Positions 37,601 through 50,174 of a stretch of 64,000 nucleotides of DNA are shown piece by piece (positions within the stretch are counted from its first letter, which is position 1; every line of letters starts with the position of its first letter). Origin of the DNA: Lepidodermella squamata (taxonomy: Eukaryota > Animalia > Gastrotricha); contig JBLDXI010000042.1 of the NCBI GenBank assembly GCA_047495785.1, positions 3,844,001-3,908,000 on the forward strand, given 5' to 3'. Position numbers and translations under genes: made by a program. The notes under the pieces were generated by a model. It did not search any database, was not told the origin of the DNA, and saw only the letters and a list, made by a program, of their open reading frames with translations.

Positions 37601-39782
37601 AAAATCAGTCAGCCGGCATCGTGGTCGCCGCGAATTTCCGTCTGAATCCGAGGAAGAATCTGCGTCAAGCGCGTCGACGAGTGGCAGTGAGTGGGGCAAG
37701 AAGCCTCGAAAAACTTCTCGGGTCAAGATTAAGAAAGTGTTGGCGAAGGTTAAACCGAAGTCGAACGGCGCGAGGAAGAAGAAAATTCTGGATGACGATG
37801 AGGAGGAAGAAATGGGAGCTCATCGAAGCGCTCGGCTGGCAACTCGTGGTAAAATTGATTTCAAGCAGTTCCTTGATGACGAGGAGGAAGCCGAAGAAAA
37901 GAGGAAAAAACGTAAAAAGGAAGCTCTACTCGGTAAAATCAAGTTACCATTCGCTGAAGAAGAAGAAGTGGAGGAAGAATCTGGTTCTGGTAGTGAAGAG
38001 GCCAGCGAAGAAGAAGAGGAAAAGCCCAAAAGACCAGCCCGGACTCTGCCACCTAAACCTAAACCGAAACCAGATGAGAGCGACGAGGAGATTGAGTTGA
38101 AAAGCCATGAATCCAGCGAAGAGGAGGACGAGTATTTCGAAGATGAGGAGGACGAGCCGCCGGTCAAAAAAGCGCCGCAAAAGCCTTCCCCGCCGAAGAA
38201 AAAGACGGTTACAGTCGTACCTGGTCCTTCCGCGCCGAAGCCTGGTCTAGTGCTACCGCCCAAACCAGGCGTTTCCGCCCCGGTCCCGCCTAAACCGGCG
38301 GCTATTGCGAAGGTACGAGGCTCAGCTGAAACTGGCAGTGACGCTGAGAGTGAAGGTACGACGAAAACTACGACTAGTACGTCATCTGCCGGGCCTCTGC
38401 AGACAAAACCGCTTGTACCCGAGTTGCCGGTTAATCCGAATAAAGTGCCGGCTACTGTGGCTTTGAGACCGCCGCCTGTTCCGGCCGCTCCAGTTCCTGT
38501 TCCGACCCCGCAACAGCCTACCTATCCGCACTTGCCTCAGGCGCCTATGCCCTTGGAAAAATCGCCGCATAGCATCATGCCACAGGCTAAGCCTCATCCG
38601 TTCAGTCAACCAATGCCGGATCAGAGCATGCCTCCTGGTTTGTCAATTTTACTTGAACCATTTGCATAAAATCTATTAGGACTGAAAAATCGTTTCAATT
38701 CATTTTAATGGGCTCTTATCTTGCATTTTCATTATGGTTTATGAAATATATTGCCTTGAAAATTAAAAATTGAAACTTGAAATTAAGATTTATCTTGAAA
38801 GGAAGTGTCACCCTAAATTCTCGAATTTCAATAGGGATATAGTGAATAATTCATTACCAAATTGGATTCAGTACCCAGTCCCCAATTTTAAGACCCAGCC
38901 TCTAACCCCAGCCCCAACCCTAAATTTGTCCTTGTTAACTATAAATCCCAATATTGTTACTGGTGCCTCTACGGAATGGAACTAAGCTGAAAGTTTTTGC
39001 TAATTTTATATTCATCATGAACACTTTTTCGGGACTTTATTTTAATAGATAAATGAGAGTTGTATCTTGAAAGTTGACCAAATTTTTTACAAAAATTCTT
39101 AATTTTGAAAATTTCAGGCTTGAATCATGGAAAGATACTGTATTTATTAATTGAAAAATATGTAAAAATTTATTTATTCATCTTTATATTTATTCATTAT
39201 TTTATTATTATTATTTTTTCAGTTGCTGCTCGGCCTGCACCCATGCCTCCTGCTCAATTCTACGGAGTGCCTCCGCAGGGTTACCCGAACCAGCCTCCAG
39301 TCAACATGCCGCCTCAACCCTACCCGAACCAACCACAGTATCAACCATACCCGGGTCAACCCGGCTTCGTACCACGCCCGCCACCTGGCCAACCAGGCAT
39401 GTACCCGCAGCCCGGCTACAACCCAGCAATGCAACAACCCCCTCGCGGCTACATGCCACCGCAACACAGCCCCTACTTCCAACCGCCGCCTCAACAGAGC
39501 CAGCCGTGGCAAAGCCAGTCCCACGCTCCAATGCCCTATGCACCGAACCCGTACGACCAGGGCGGCATGCCGGGCTACCCGCCTCCCCACATTCGGCCAC
39601 CTATGCATGGCGACCCGATGGCCGCGAACCGGCCACCCTATATGTCGCAACCGCCGATGATGGGCCAACCCCCGCCTCAGCCGCCGCCGCAGCAGCCGCC
39701 ACCACCCGGCGGCAGTACGTTCGACGACTTCGGCCTCGACGACCTTGGACCTTCGGCACCTCGAGCCGAGCCCGTCCAGTAG
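34625..39782 (+). CDS. RSF1: Remodeling and spacing factor 1, about 1420 aa
   Basis: Exons 34625-34865, 34918-35222, 35275-35425, 35478-37269, 37424-38637, 39223-39782, all in frame. DDT-like N-terminus, WHIM1 (GYSSLPIETKLEILKLLCELQF), WSD (LRQEPVGRDRNGRSYF), PHD finger followed by CEHRVLIEKL coiled coil, acidic/basic low-complexity tracts. Confidence 0.88.
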
Positions 39783-40533
39783 TATACAATTTGTTGTACA
39801 AAAAAATCTCATTTTTTGATATAAAAAAAGAAACTCTGGTCTGTGTGTAACAGTCTATCGTTCGTGTTTTTCTAAATCGACAAAATCTTGTCTTTAAACG
39901 GTGTCCAATCTCGACGTGTAAAGCGCGTATAATTTTCAAGGAATGACGATTGATTTTTGTGAGTTCATTCGTGAACAGCCTTTTGCTTAGGAGAAATTTA
40001 GAACTATGCCTTTCGTGTCTTTTTTCCAAGGTGTGCAAATTCCGCGTCTTCTCTCTCTTATTCAAGGGCCAACTTCGTCTTATTGCTGCAATTCGCACAC
40101 TTTTTTATAGAAAAAAATTTGAAAAATTATGGCGAAAATTTTGAACCTTTTTTTCGTTGTTTTTTATAGAAACTTTTAGTAGTCAGTTTTTTGGTTGCGA
40201 ACTATTCTTGTCTTGTGTTAACTAAGTGTAATAGCGCTTGTTATTATTTAACGACTTATTGTGCTCGTTCCTGCTGTAAAAAGAGTTTGAAAAAGCGAAT
40301 GGTGAAAACACACACACAACTTTTGAAAATTTGAAAATAAAAAGCTCTATTCATAAAGATTCAACGTCGTTTTTCAGGTGGAAAATTTATTCATCTGTAT
40401 TGTTTGCTCAGTGGTGGTATAGGGGTGGGGTTTGTTTCGTTATCAGTGCGATATCAAAATGCTGACCGCTTTTTCTCGCCCTGTTATTATTAGAGGCAAT
40501 TTTATCGTTTTATTCACAAGAAATTTTGCTGTA

Positions 40534-43500
40534 ATGGCCCAACCGACTTACACGCTGCCAGCTCCGTCGCTGGAATTAGTCACCCTGGATTACATCCGGA
40601 AGACGCATGAAGCAATTAAACCTTATATTGTGCGAACTCCGGTTATTTCGAACGAATATTTAACGCAGCGAGTTTCGGACGCGGTTGGTCATGACGTGAA
40701 TTTGTACTTTAAAGCCGAATTGCTGCAAAAAACTGGCGCTTTCAAAGTTCGCGGGGCGTTGAATGCCGTGATCGCGGCGAAGGCTGCGAAGAACGGCGAG
40801 CCTCTGCCCGGTGTGGTCACCCATTCTTCAGGCAATCACGGTGCTGCAACTGCCTATGCTGCGATGAGACTGGGCGTCAAGGCAACGATTGTCGTACCGA
40901 ATTTTGCGACGCAGGCGAAGTTGAACAATATTGCGCAGTATGGTGCTGAAATTATTAAGGTGGAGCCGCGGCCTGAGGCGATGAAGGAAGCGTACGAGCG
41001 GGTGATGCACGAACGTGGCTATTCGCTGATTTATCCGTACAATCAGAAGGAGATTATGGCTGGCCAGGTGAGAGATTTAAACCTAGCTTATTAATCGTAG
41101 TTAGCTAGTTGCATCTTCGCTTACTACTATTGAATATCTTATAGCGGAACCAAATCGGCATTTTGCGGAACCTAATTTTAGGTAACGAAAAGGTTGCTTT
41201 TTGCATTTTTCTACGAAATTAAGGCCATGCATGAAATATATAGTAAATAATGCGCCTTATACAGAATTTTACGCTGAATTTAATGATGATTTATTTCAAA
41301 TTATGCTGATAAATCATGAAAAGCTTGAAAGCTTCGAAAAGTGCCTTTAAGCCCATTGAAAATTCCAAAATTTGGTTCCGCTAAAAGTAAGACTCTTGAA
41401 TTATTTTTCAAATCATGTTTTTTTTTTATTAATTTAATCATTAAAAATAATTTTCCGATCTGGTTTTTCGATTTAATAACCATTTTTCATGGTATTATCG
41501 AGTATCGATAGCTCAATGCACCTGGACGGATAATCAAAATAAAAATCTGAAACCGGAAAATGAAAAATGATTATTCTGATCTTTTCGGAGATTAAAACTG
41601 TAACTTACATATTTCACGACTAGGCATCTTCGGGGTTTCAGCAAGGCAAGACAAACCAACAAATTTAGTCACCCGCATTTTTCGACATTTTTCGAGATTG
41701 TCCCCCCATTTCCCAACTGCAAGCTTTGATTGATTCAAGGAATTTAGCAGAGTTTTTAAGGGGTTGACACCAAAAAATATTTGCCATGCAAAAATGTGCT
41801 CAACACTTTCAATCACAAATCAAAATTGCTATCACTGTTCGAAAGCCGCAGCAACTCAAGTCCTTCAGTCGCATCCGCAAAATTTCTTCAGAATCGGTGG
41901 CTTCTTTTGGGAAAACTCTCCAGCATTTTCCCATTTTTTCTGCCTGTGGTAACAAAGCAGGTTCGTTGATGGAGATGCGCATAGCAGTGACATATAGATC
42001 GTCCTGAATCCGATTTCGAGATTTTGTTATTATTCTTGATCTTGCGCTGAACCCTCTCCAGACGATAGATTTTGCCCGGCTTTTAAAGAAAGTTGCTAAT
42101 CTCTTTAGAATTTCAGAATTTCATTTAGTTATATCCCGAAATTTAAGGAAGATAGAATAATATTTAGTCAACATATCTGTCGCGTAAATCAGTCAGCTTG
42201 CTCATGTCTGAGCAGCTTCCAAATGAAGTTATGTAGTAAGTGGCATCGACTGAGAATAAGTAACAGAGCAGGTGAATTGTTTGCAAATTTGCTAACAACT
42301 CGCAAATGTTCCGGCCAGGGATGGAAAAAATGCCATCCCTCGATCCCAACGGGATTGGGGAAAAAATTTCTGTGACCTAAAAAGGTGGGGAAATGGATTT
42401 TTTAATTAAATTACATTTTCAAGTGCAATAATTTGGGACTTCAAAAAGCTGTTACCATTGAATTAAACAAATGCTATCGACATCCCAAAAACTTTTGCAC
42501 TTCTTTGAAAGCGAGCAAAGTTCCTCGTAAATATCGGTCAAAATTTCGAGTCTGAGAACGAATCGCCAAAACTGCTTGCTTTATTCCTCTTCATTTGTAA
42601 TTAAAACGTGTTGAGTCTGATGACTCGTATTCACGCAATACCATCTGTAAAATTGGTAAAAACAGCTTTTTGGCGAAAAGGCACTTTTCGTGGAGAAATG
42701 GAGACTTTCAACCCTGGCTCCGGCTCTGGTATGTAGTGTAGTGGTAAATTTTGCCTCAAATTCTGGAGGAGTCCGCTTATAAGTTAACGCGTACTGATTT
42801 TTCTTCACATCAAAGCGACATTTTGTTGACTAGACTGACTTCGGCGAGTTTACGTAGCCGTTCGGTGAAATTACGGAGTTACGGTTGCAACTTGTATTAG
42901 GAACCAGTCGCAGAAATCCGATCTTAGTTGAGCATCACCAGGATACAGCTGTTGTACCGCGTGTTTCTTTCAAGGTATGAAGTCCATTTGATGTTCAGAA
43001 ATGCGGTCTTTGAAATATGCAATGTTCTTCCTGCATTACGCGTCGAGTCTTCGAGTTTCAGTTCGCCGGTTACGAGCACCGCGTAGTACTACACCGTTTT
43101 TTCAGTTAGCGGGTCGATCTTGATGATTTTACCAGTAGCATTCATCGCCAGCTTGCCGAAACCTTGCTTGAGACCGTTGTAGAAAACTTCAAGTTGTTCA
43201 GTCGTCCACAGGTAGACATCAAATGGGTAAAACCTAAAAGAGTGTCTCGCTGTGAATCTTCCGGATTTAAGTTTCCTTTTTCCTCTAAAAATGCGTATTA
43301 ATTGGACCGATTCGGAAATCGATTGCGGTGGAGGCTGAGGCATGGTGCAGAAATTCCACGAACCCGTGTACGTTATGCAAGACGCGACAGTTTCCGCTGA
43401 TAATTTCAGTTTCATTGCATCGATATTATTTTTCTGATGTCAGATGGAATTACCCGGTTTTTCAACGCATTTATACGTGATTTCCAATGACGCGAAAGTG

Positions 43501-44419
43501 AGGACAAAAATAAATACAACTCTCATGGTTCTCAGACAACGAAAATATTATGCTGAAATCGTATGCAACCTTTCATGTTAGCAAATAATCCGAAAAGACT
43601 GTTAAATGAGACTATTTGAAGATGTTAAAATTGACTCGGCTAATTCCCGGACAACCAAGTTCTTTGGATTGTAATCTCGTGCAAAATGCTACACTGTAAT
43701 TTTGCGAATCCAGGTGTACAAATTAGTGTAGAATGACTCCCAACGCGACCAACATCATGTTTTAATGAGCTGCCGTTCGCCTTACGGTTACATGTCTATT
43801 TCTATTTTTAGGGAACATGTGCGGTTGAATTTGTCGAAGATGTCCCAGAACTGGAATGTATGTTGGCACCAGTCAGTGGAGGCGGTTTGATCGCTGGCCT
43901 GGCTCTAGGCGCTAAACACATGAAAAAAGACTTGAAAGGTGAGCGGCAGTCGAACATCTCATAATTTGACTTTTTAAAATGTAAAATTAAAATGTGAATT
44001 TTTTTCATTAATTTTCATGAAATCTAGTTTTCGGGGTGGCGCCTATTGCTAAGCAGCTGAATAAAGCCCTCGAAAACGGCGTGGTTCCGGAACATTGGTC
44101 ACCCTCGAATTTCATCGATACGCATTGCGACGCCCTGAAAGCCCACCCCGGCAATTTAACTCTGCCCGTCATGTGCGAACTGCTCGAAAAACAAGCGTTC
44201 GATGTGACGGACGAAGACGCGGCGGCCGCGATGAAAATTTGCTGGCAGCGACTGAAACTGACCGTCGAACTCAGCTCGGCCACTGTCATTGCAACCCTCC
44301 TATCGCCTGAATTCACAAAAGTTGTTCGGGATCAACATATTCGCCACATTGGCATTGTTTTGTCGGGTGGAAATGCTGATTTGGATGCTCCGTTGCCCTG
44401 GACTGTCTTGAAAAATTGA
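40534..44419 (+). CDS. SRR: Serine racemase/serine-threonine dehydratase family PLP enzyme, copy 1, 350 aa
   Basis: Exons 40534-41067, 43812-43938, 44028-44419. Motifs KAELLQKTGAFKVRGA (PLP Lys), VVTHSSGNHG, AGQGT, PVSGGGLIAG, IVLSGGNADL. In-frame upstream ATG at 40459. Confidence 0.88.
41142..41383. mobile_element. Small element bounded by 14-bp inverted repeats
   Basis: TAGCGGAACCAAAT (41142-41155) / ATTTGGTTCCGCTA (41370-41383); shares motifs with 26138-26700. Confidence 0.55.
41930..42060 (-). mobile_element. hAT transposase C-terminal dimerisation domain remnant
   Basis: Minus-strand translation RGFSARSRIITKSRNRIQDDLYVTAMRISINEP matches the hAT consensus ERxFS..IxTxxRNRL...MRISINGP. 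Confidence 0.7.
42600..43415 (-). mobile_element. Decayed NOF-FB/Mutator-like transposase fragment
   Basis: PFDVYLWTTEQLEVFY..LAMNATGKIIK..EKTV*YYAVLV resembles the PFxVxxWTxEQ...IDATGS...YY segment of NOF-like transposases; several stops. Family assignment is from memory. Confidence 0.5.
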
Positions 44420-45335
44420 AGACGATACAAATGAATGGAAAATGCAATATTCCGCTATTTACAATTATTTTTGATTTATCTGAAACGTTTATGCCATCGA
44501 AAACATAGTATTTTTTGTTGCCTGTGAGAACGAGACAATTACCTATAATTATTCTATCGACGCTATATTATATTACGAATTTGGGAAAAGAATGAACAGT
44601 AATTATTTGAAATATTGGTTTTTTTTTATTGCGAGATGCCAACATTTTCAGAGACATCATTGCGAGATGAAGAGAGATGAGAGAGTCCTAGCGACGTAAC
44701 TTGTTGTCAGAAAAAGTTGAAATGAAAGAAAATGTTCTCGAAGCGGGCGAAGGCAGGACTATCGATGGAATCAATCTCAAAGGGCAGACCAAGGAGAGCT
44801 CTTGAGGCATGCAGATCCAGAAGATGCTGCTGTGATGGCATCTATTTATATCATGGGATAATTCCTAAACAGTTGCGTTGTTAAATTCACTGCGTACAGC
44901 TGAAGCGCGACCGCGAGCGGGCCGCCCTTCCCCCTTCCCCTATGAGACGTACCAGGAAAACGGTATTTTTGCCGAACTCGTGCACCAAATCAATGCGATC
45001 AGCTCATGAATAGTCCGACACGCAGAGATGTTTGTTAAGGAGGATGCAAGCCCCGGCGTGCTGGTGCCCCGAGCCCGAAGACGACGACCTCACATTTTTT
45101 CGTTTCGAGGCACGCCCATCGATTTGCCATGACGTGAAGACCGCAAGGCAAAATGTATTTATTAGTTTCATATCACTTTTTTAGTGAAAATATTTTCATC
45201 TGTATTTGCACGGTTGTTAAGGGGTGTAAATTTCGTTATCAGTGCGATATGAAAATGCTGATTGCTATTTTGCGCCATGGTATTAAAGCCGCCAATTTTA
45301 TCATTTTATTTACTAGTAACTTTGTTGTAGTAAAA

Positions 45336-46716
45336 ATGGCCCGGCCGACTTACACGCTGCCAGTTCCGGCGCTTGAATTTGTCACTTTGGACTATATTCG
45401 AGAGGCGCATGAAGCAATTAAGCCTTTTATTGCGCGAACCCCAGTGATTTCAAACGAATATTTGACCCAACGAGTTTCGGACGCGGTTGGTCATGACGTG
45501 AATTTGTATTTAAAAGCCGAGCTTCTGCAAAAAACGGGCGTTTTCAAAGTTCGCGGGGCGTTGAATGCCGTGATAGCGGCGAAGGCTGCGAAGAACGGTG
45601 AGCCTCTACCCGGTGTGGTCACCTATTCGTCGGGCAATCACGGAGCTGCTACTGCCTATGCTGCGATGAGGCTGGGCGTCAAGGCAACGATTGTTGCGCC
45701 GAATTTTGCGACGCAGGCGAAGTTGAACAATATTGCGCAGTATGGTGCTGAAATTATTAAGGTGGAGCCGCGACCCGAAGCATTGAGGGCAGAGTGCGAG
45801 CGAATTGTGAGTCAACGTGGCTATTCGTTGATTTTTCCGGACAATCAGAAGGAGATCATGACTGGTCAGGTAAGACAAGTTATCTTAATATTAATTAATT
45901 CAGCGCTTTTTCTTCTTAAGTCTGATAACTTCGTGCAATTCATGCAATTTTTTTCATCCTCTTATAAGATATGGATGGATTTTCTAGATCAGGGGGATAA
46001 TTTTTGAGTTTTATGTTTCGGTGCACATAATTTTCATTATTTTCATTTTTGTTAGGGGACTTGCGCGGTCGAATTTATAGAAGACGTCCCAGAACTGGAA
46101 TGTATGTTGGCACCTGTCAGTGGCGGCGGTTTGATCTCTGGGTTGGCGTTGGCCGCGAAACACATGAAAAAAGATTTGAAAGGTTAGTTCAAGTTCACTT
46201 CTCATAGTTAGAACCCGGATATATGCGAAGATTTTTGAATTACCGAGAATTTATTTTGAAAATCCGAAAAATTGTTCTAGGTAATGGAAGTGCTCGAATT
46301 TCTAAGTTTTAGTTAATTATTTAGTGTTCGGAGTCGCGCCTATCGCCAAACAGTTGAATAAAGCCCTCGAAAACGGCGTAGTCCCGGAACATTGGTCACC
46401 CTCGAATTTCATCGACACGCACTGCGACGCCCTGAAGGCCCACCCTGGCAATCTAACCCTGCCCGTCATGTGCGAACTGCTCGAGAAGCAAGCGTTCGAT
46501 GTGACGGACGAAGACGCGGCGGCCGCGATGAAAATTTGCTGGCAGCGACTGAAACTGACCGTTGAACTCAGCTCGGCCACTGTCATTGCTACCCTTCTAT
46601 CGCCTGAATTCACGAAAGTTGTTCGGGATCAACATATTCGCCACATTGGCATTGTTTTGTCGGGTGGAAATGCTGATTTGGATGCTCCATTGCCCTGGAC
46701 TGTCTTGAAAAATTGA
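45336..46716 (+). CDS. SRR: Serine racemase family PLP enzyme, copy 2 (tandem duplicate), 350 aa
   Basis: Exons 45336-45869, 46056-46182, 46325-46716, the same sizes as copy 1 (534/127/392 nt). Motifs QKTGVFKVRGA, VVTYSSGNHG, TGQGT, SGGNADL. Confidence 0.88.
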
Positions 46717-46983
46717 AGACGATACAAATGAATGGAAAATGCAATATTATTTTAGTTTCCTGTAAAATCGAGATGATTAAAATTTTTTTATGAAAAATGA
46801 ACATCAATTATTCAAAATTCTGACTCGTGTTTTATTTTCGTACAAAAATTGCCAAATGTTCAGAGAGAGATTACTTTTTTACAAAAAGGTTACCAGTCGC
46901 AAAAGATGTTATTAATATAATATATATATATACTATAATTACTAAATAAATACCGTAGCGAAAAGCTAAATTGTTGCGTTGGT

Positions 46984-49900
46984 TCACACAAATACCGAAG
47001 AGAGCAGTCTTAGACAGAAGACTGTCACGAGGTGAAGGGCAAGTGAATGAGACGGTGATGAAACTGTCAATAATGAGGTGCTGAAATTATCAAGGCCGCC
47101 GACTAGACTTGCTGTTCCGCGTTTCACGGTTCCGGGTTGAACTGAAATCAAAGAAAAAAATTACATAAATAATTTTACAGGCAAATTTGAACAGGAAAAA
47201 TTCGATTTTCAAGTGAATTTTACAGCGAATATATATTTATGAAATTGCGAGTGCGGTTTTTTTTTTAATTTTGAAAATGTTCTGAAAATAGCTCTCACCA
47301 TTTAGCACAACAACTTTGTAGCTTTCGACAGCGTTGAGATCCGGAACCCGGCAAACGTAGTCACCAGCATGTCTCACTTCGGCCTTATACACAATAAGCG
47401 TGCTGTACAAGGTGCGTCCAACCGCGTGCTTCGTAATAAAATAGCCAGATTCGCGAGACGATTCCAGCTTTTCGCCATCTTTGAACCACTCGATGCTATT
47501 CGGAGCTCGTTCCGTGTGGGGGGAGAGTGATGTTGCGTTACACGATAATTCAACATTTTGACCCCGTTCGACATAATCGGTACCACCGATCGCCAAATCT
47601 GCGATAAAAAAATTATCAAATTAATTTTTGAAATTTTTTAAAAATTAAAATAAAATTTCAAGCAAATATTCTAAAAATACACACTCGCGCTAAAAATTAA
47701 CGGCTAATTGGCAAAATCGTTTAAAAAAATCAAAAATCGGCAGGCGTGGGGTGAAAATTAATTTATTAGCTATTTTCTTGCCAACTTTTGTTACCTCCGG
47801 CTAACGTGTAAGGAGCCAGAGCCTTGCTGTTATGCAAGTGTTTACTGCGCCGCGTCGACAAACTTTGTCTCGACGGCGCCAAGGTTGGCATGACAAGGCT
47901 AGGGTGGTTAGTTATATAGCTAGGCACAACAACTAGCGACTCGGCTGGCAGCGGCTGCAGGTGGATCGGAATTGATGGCGCGGTCACGTGATCGTCTTGC
48001 TGTTGTTGTTGATGCTTCAGGGCGGTTATCAAATCGAGCAAAACTGTGCGCGGCAGAGCCGTCATGCCCGCCAGTTTAGTTACCAGTAGCGAGTCAGAGC
48101 GACCGGCCTCATGGCCGTCAATTACAAGAAGCGGGATATCTAATTTTATATAGCAATAAGGGTTGCATTTTAATTTGTTAGTTTTTCTGTTTTATTTCAA
48201 GGCTAGATATTTATTTATCAAATTTTAGCTAGCTATATTCCAGCACCACTCGACTAGCTCTGTCACGACTAAATTGAGGAATTTTTTTTATTCAGAACGA
48301 GACTATTTGAGATTTATTCCGAAAATGAACCTTATCTTAAATGAATAATGCCCGAACCTATTAGGTACACGTGATTTGTCCGCCTTCATTGCCCATTGAA
48401 AGGTCTATTATTGTAAAAAACCTTGTAAGGTTTCTAGGGTGACTAAAATCACAGGGTAGGCTAAAATAGGCTAAAATATCCAAAAATTGGCATTTCATCA
48501 AGCCGTGAAGTTGCTGAAGAGTCGCGAATAAAAATCAGCCAGTCTTAGTCTTAAAGATGATCTGGGAAGGATTTATTTGATATCAAAAATATGAAACGGC
48601 GTCTTCCTAAATGGTTCTAAGTAATATTGAGGTTCCACCATTGAATTTAAGGGTTCTATACCTACTTTTTGCGAATATAAGCAATTTTGAATTTTTCCTT
48701 GATTGATCGATAATGATGCCCTAATTTTAGCTACCTGGTTCCCTAAGGTAAGTAGAATAATTTCCACTTTTGGCCTCCTATACTGCGGAAATCGGAAAAA
48801 TCACTGATTTGAAAAATCGATAACAGAAAATCGATATCGGTTCTGCAGGCTGAGATATAACTCACAAAATAACCTCCGATACGCAAAATACGCGTAACAG
48901 TGAAACCTTGGTAGCAGAACAATTTAGATTCAAAAGGAGACATGAAACTTGAAAAACCGAAGTAGGGAATTTTGAACTGGAACCTCAAATTTAGTGGCGA
49001 AACCCGAAATTTAGGACACCCGATCGAAAGCCTTGGTATTTGGCTAGAGACAGTATGGAATCCTGAAATCTTACGTTTCTAGGCCGATTTAAACAATTCC
49101 CAATTGAATTGTAAATTGAAAAATGTACAGATATGCGTTGGTTGAACCAAAACACTCGCCGATTTTGTAGTAAACTTTTCAAAAATTAGCTAAAACTGCT
49201 CTTTGTTTCAAACTAGTTCCAAGATTTTTCATAGTTTCCCCCCTCAACGGAATATAGGTACCTTTTCAAACTCTGGATAATAAAAAATCTTGCTGAATTC
49301 ATATCGCATTCTGAATTAGGTCTATATGGGTTCCTAATCATAGCTAGGAAGTTATAGGTTATAAAGAGCTGGTCTATTAGTAGAAGAAATTAGAGCAAGT
49401 CCGCGTAAAGCTCCTCTCATTAATTTTTACCTCGAACTCGAAGTAGCACGTGCCGTTCCAGGTAAGTCCCATCGTCCTGTATGACATTAACCTGACACCG
49501 GTAGATGCCCGAATCTGACAGCTTCGCCTCCTTAATGATAAGCGACCACTCGCCAGTCATCGCATTGCCATCAGCCGATATCCTTTCGTCCAGTACATGG
49601 CGAGCCCTAGCGATGGTCAGCGGTACCATCTGATCAGCCCGGCGCCATATCACCAAATGGCTGCCCAAATTCCGAACCACGCATTTCAAGGCCGTCGTCT
49701 CGCCTGGGTTAACGGTTACGTTCGAACTAGACATGGCATCGACGAAGTAAGGCATTTCTTCTGGGGAGAGTTTAGACAACTGGCTGGGTCCAGGATCGCC
49801 CCCGCCCCCGTCGTCTTCGTCCTCGTAGCTTGGCAGGGGCGGTAAATCACTGTTGTAATACGCTGCGCTGTTATTTCGAGAATTGCTATCGGTCTTATCG

Positions 49901-50010
49901 CCGCCTTCATTTTCGGTTTTCCGATCAGGGTCAAGGCTGTCGAAAGACCCACTTACAATATCAGCAACAATAGCAAAAAATATCGATCTGATTAAAATTG
50001 AGCCTTTCAT
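46984..50010 (-). CDS. Two-Ig-domain cell-surface protein (Dpr/zwei-Ig-like), probably GPI-anchored; 460 aa, or 345 aa without the linker exon
   Basis: Exons 50010-49431, 48139-47795, 47598-47299, 47141-46984. Signal peptide; Ig1 (NVTVNPGETTALKCVVRNLG..VIWRR..WSLIIKEAKLSDSGIYRCQV); Ig2 (VELSCNAT..IEWFKDG..HAGDYVC); Ser-rich then hydrophobic tail ending LHLVTVFCLRLLSSVFV. Confidence 0.85.
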
Positions 50011-50140
50011 CTATCAAAAATTCGTGAAAAATAATTAAATTTAAAATTGAAATCAATTTTAATTTTCGAAGTGCTCTTTGATAAACAGTTTTCTTAAAAT
50101 TGGGTATTTCGGCAAAACGATGATTAGGAGCCAAAGTTAT

Positions 50141-50174
50141 GGGGTTAGGGTTCAGGGTTAAGGTTAGGGTTAGG
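50141..50174 (+). repeat. Short degenerate (TTAGGG)n-like tract
   Basis: GGGGTTAGGGTTCAGGGTTAAGGTTAGGGTTAGG. Confidence 0.6.

Noticed and set aside
35620-38263. Long antisense ORFs over RSF1, and similar ones over ace, AP2M1 and SRR
   Set aside because: Shadow frames of GC-rich or low-complexity coding exons, with no domain signatures.
50141-50174. Telomere-like repeats as a chromosome end or fusion scar
   Set aside because: Only about five degenerate units inside ordinary gene-flanking DNA.
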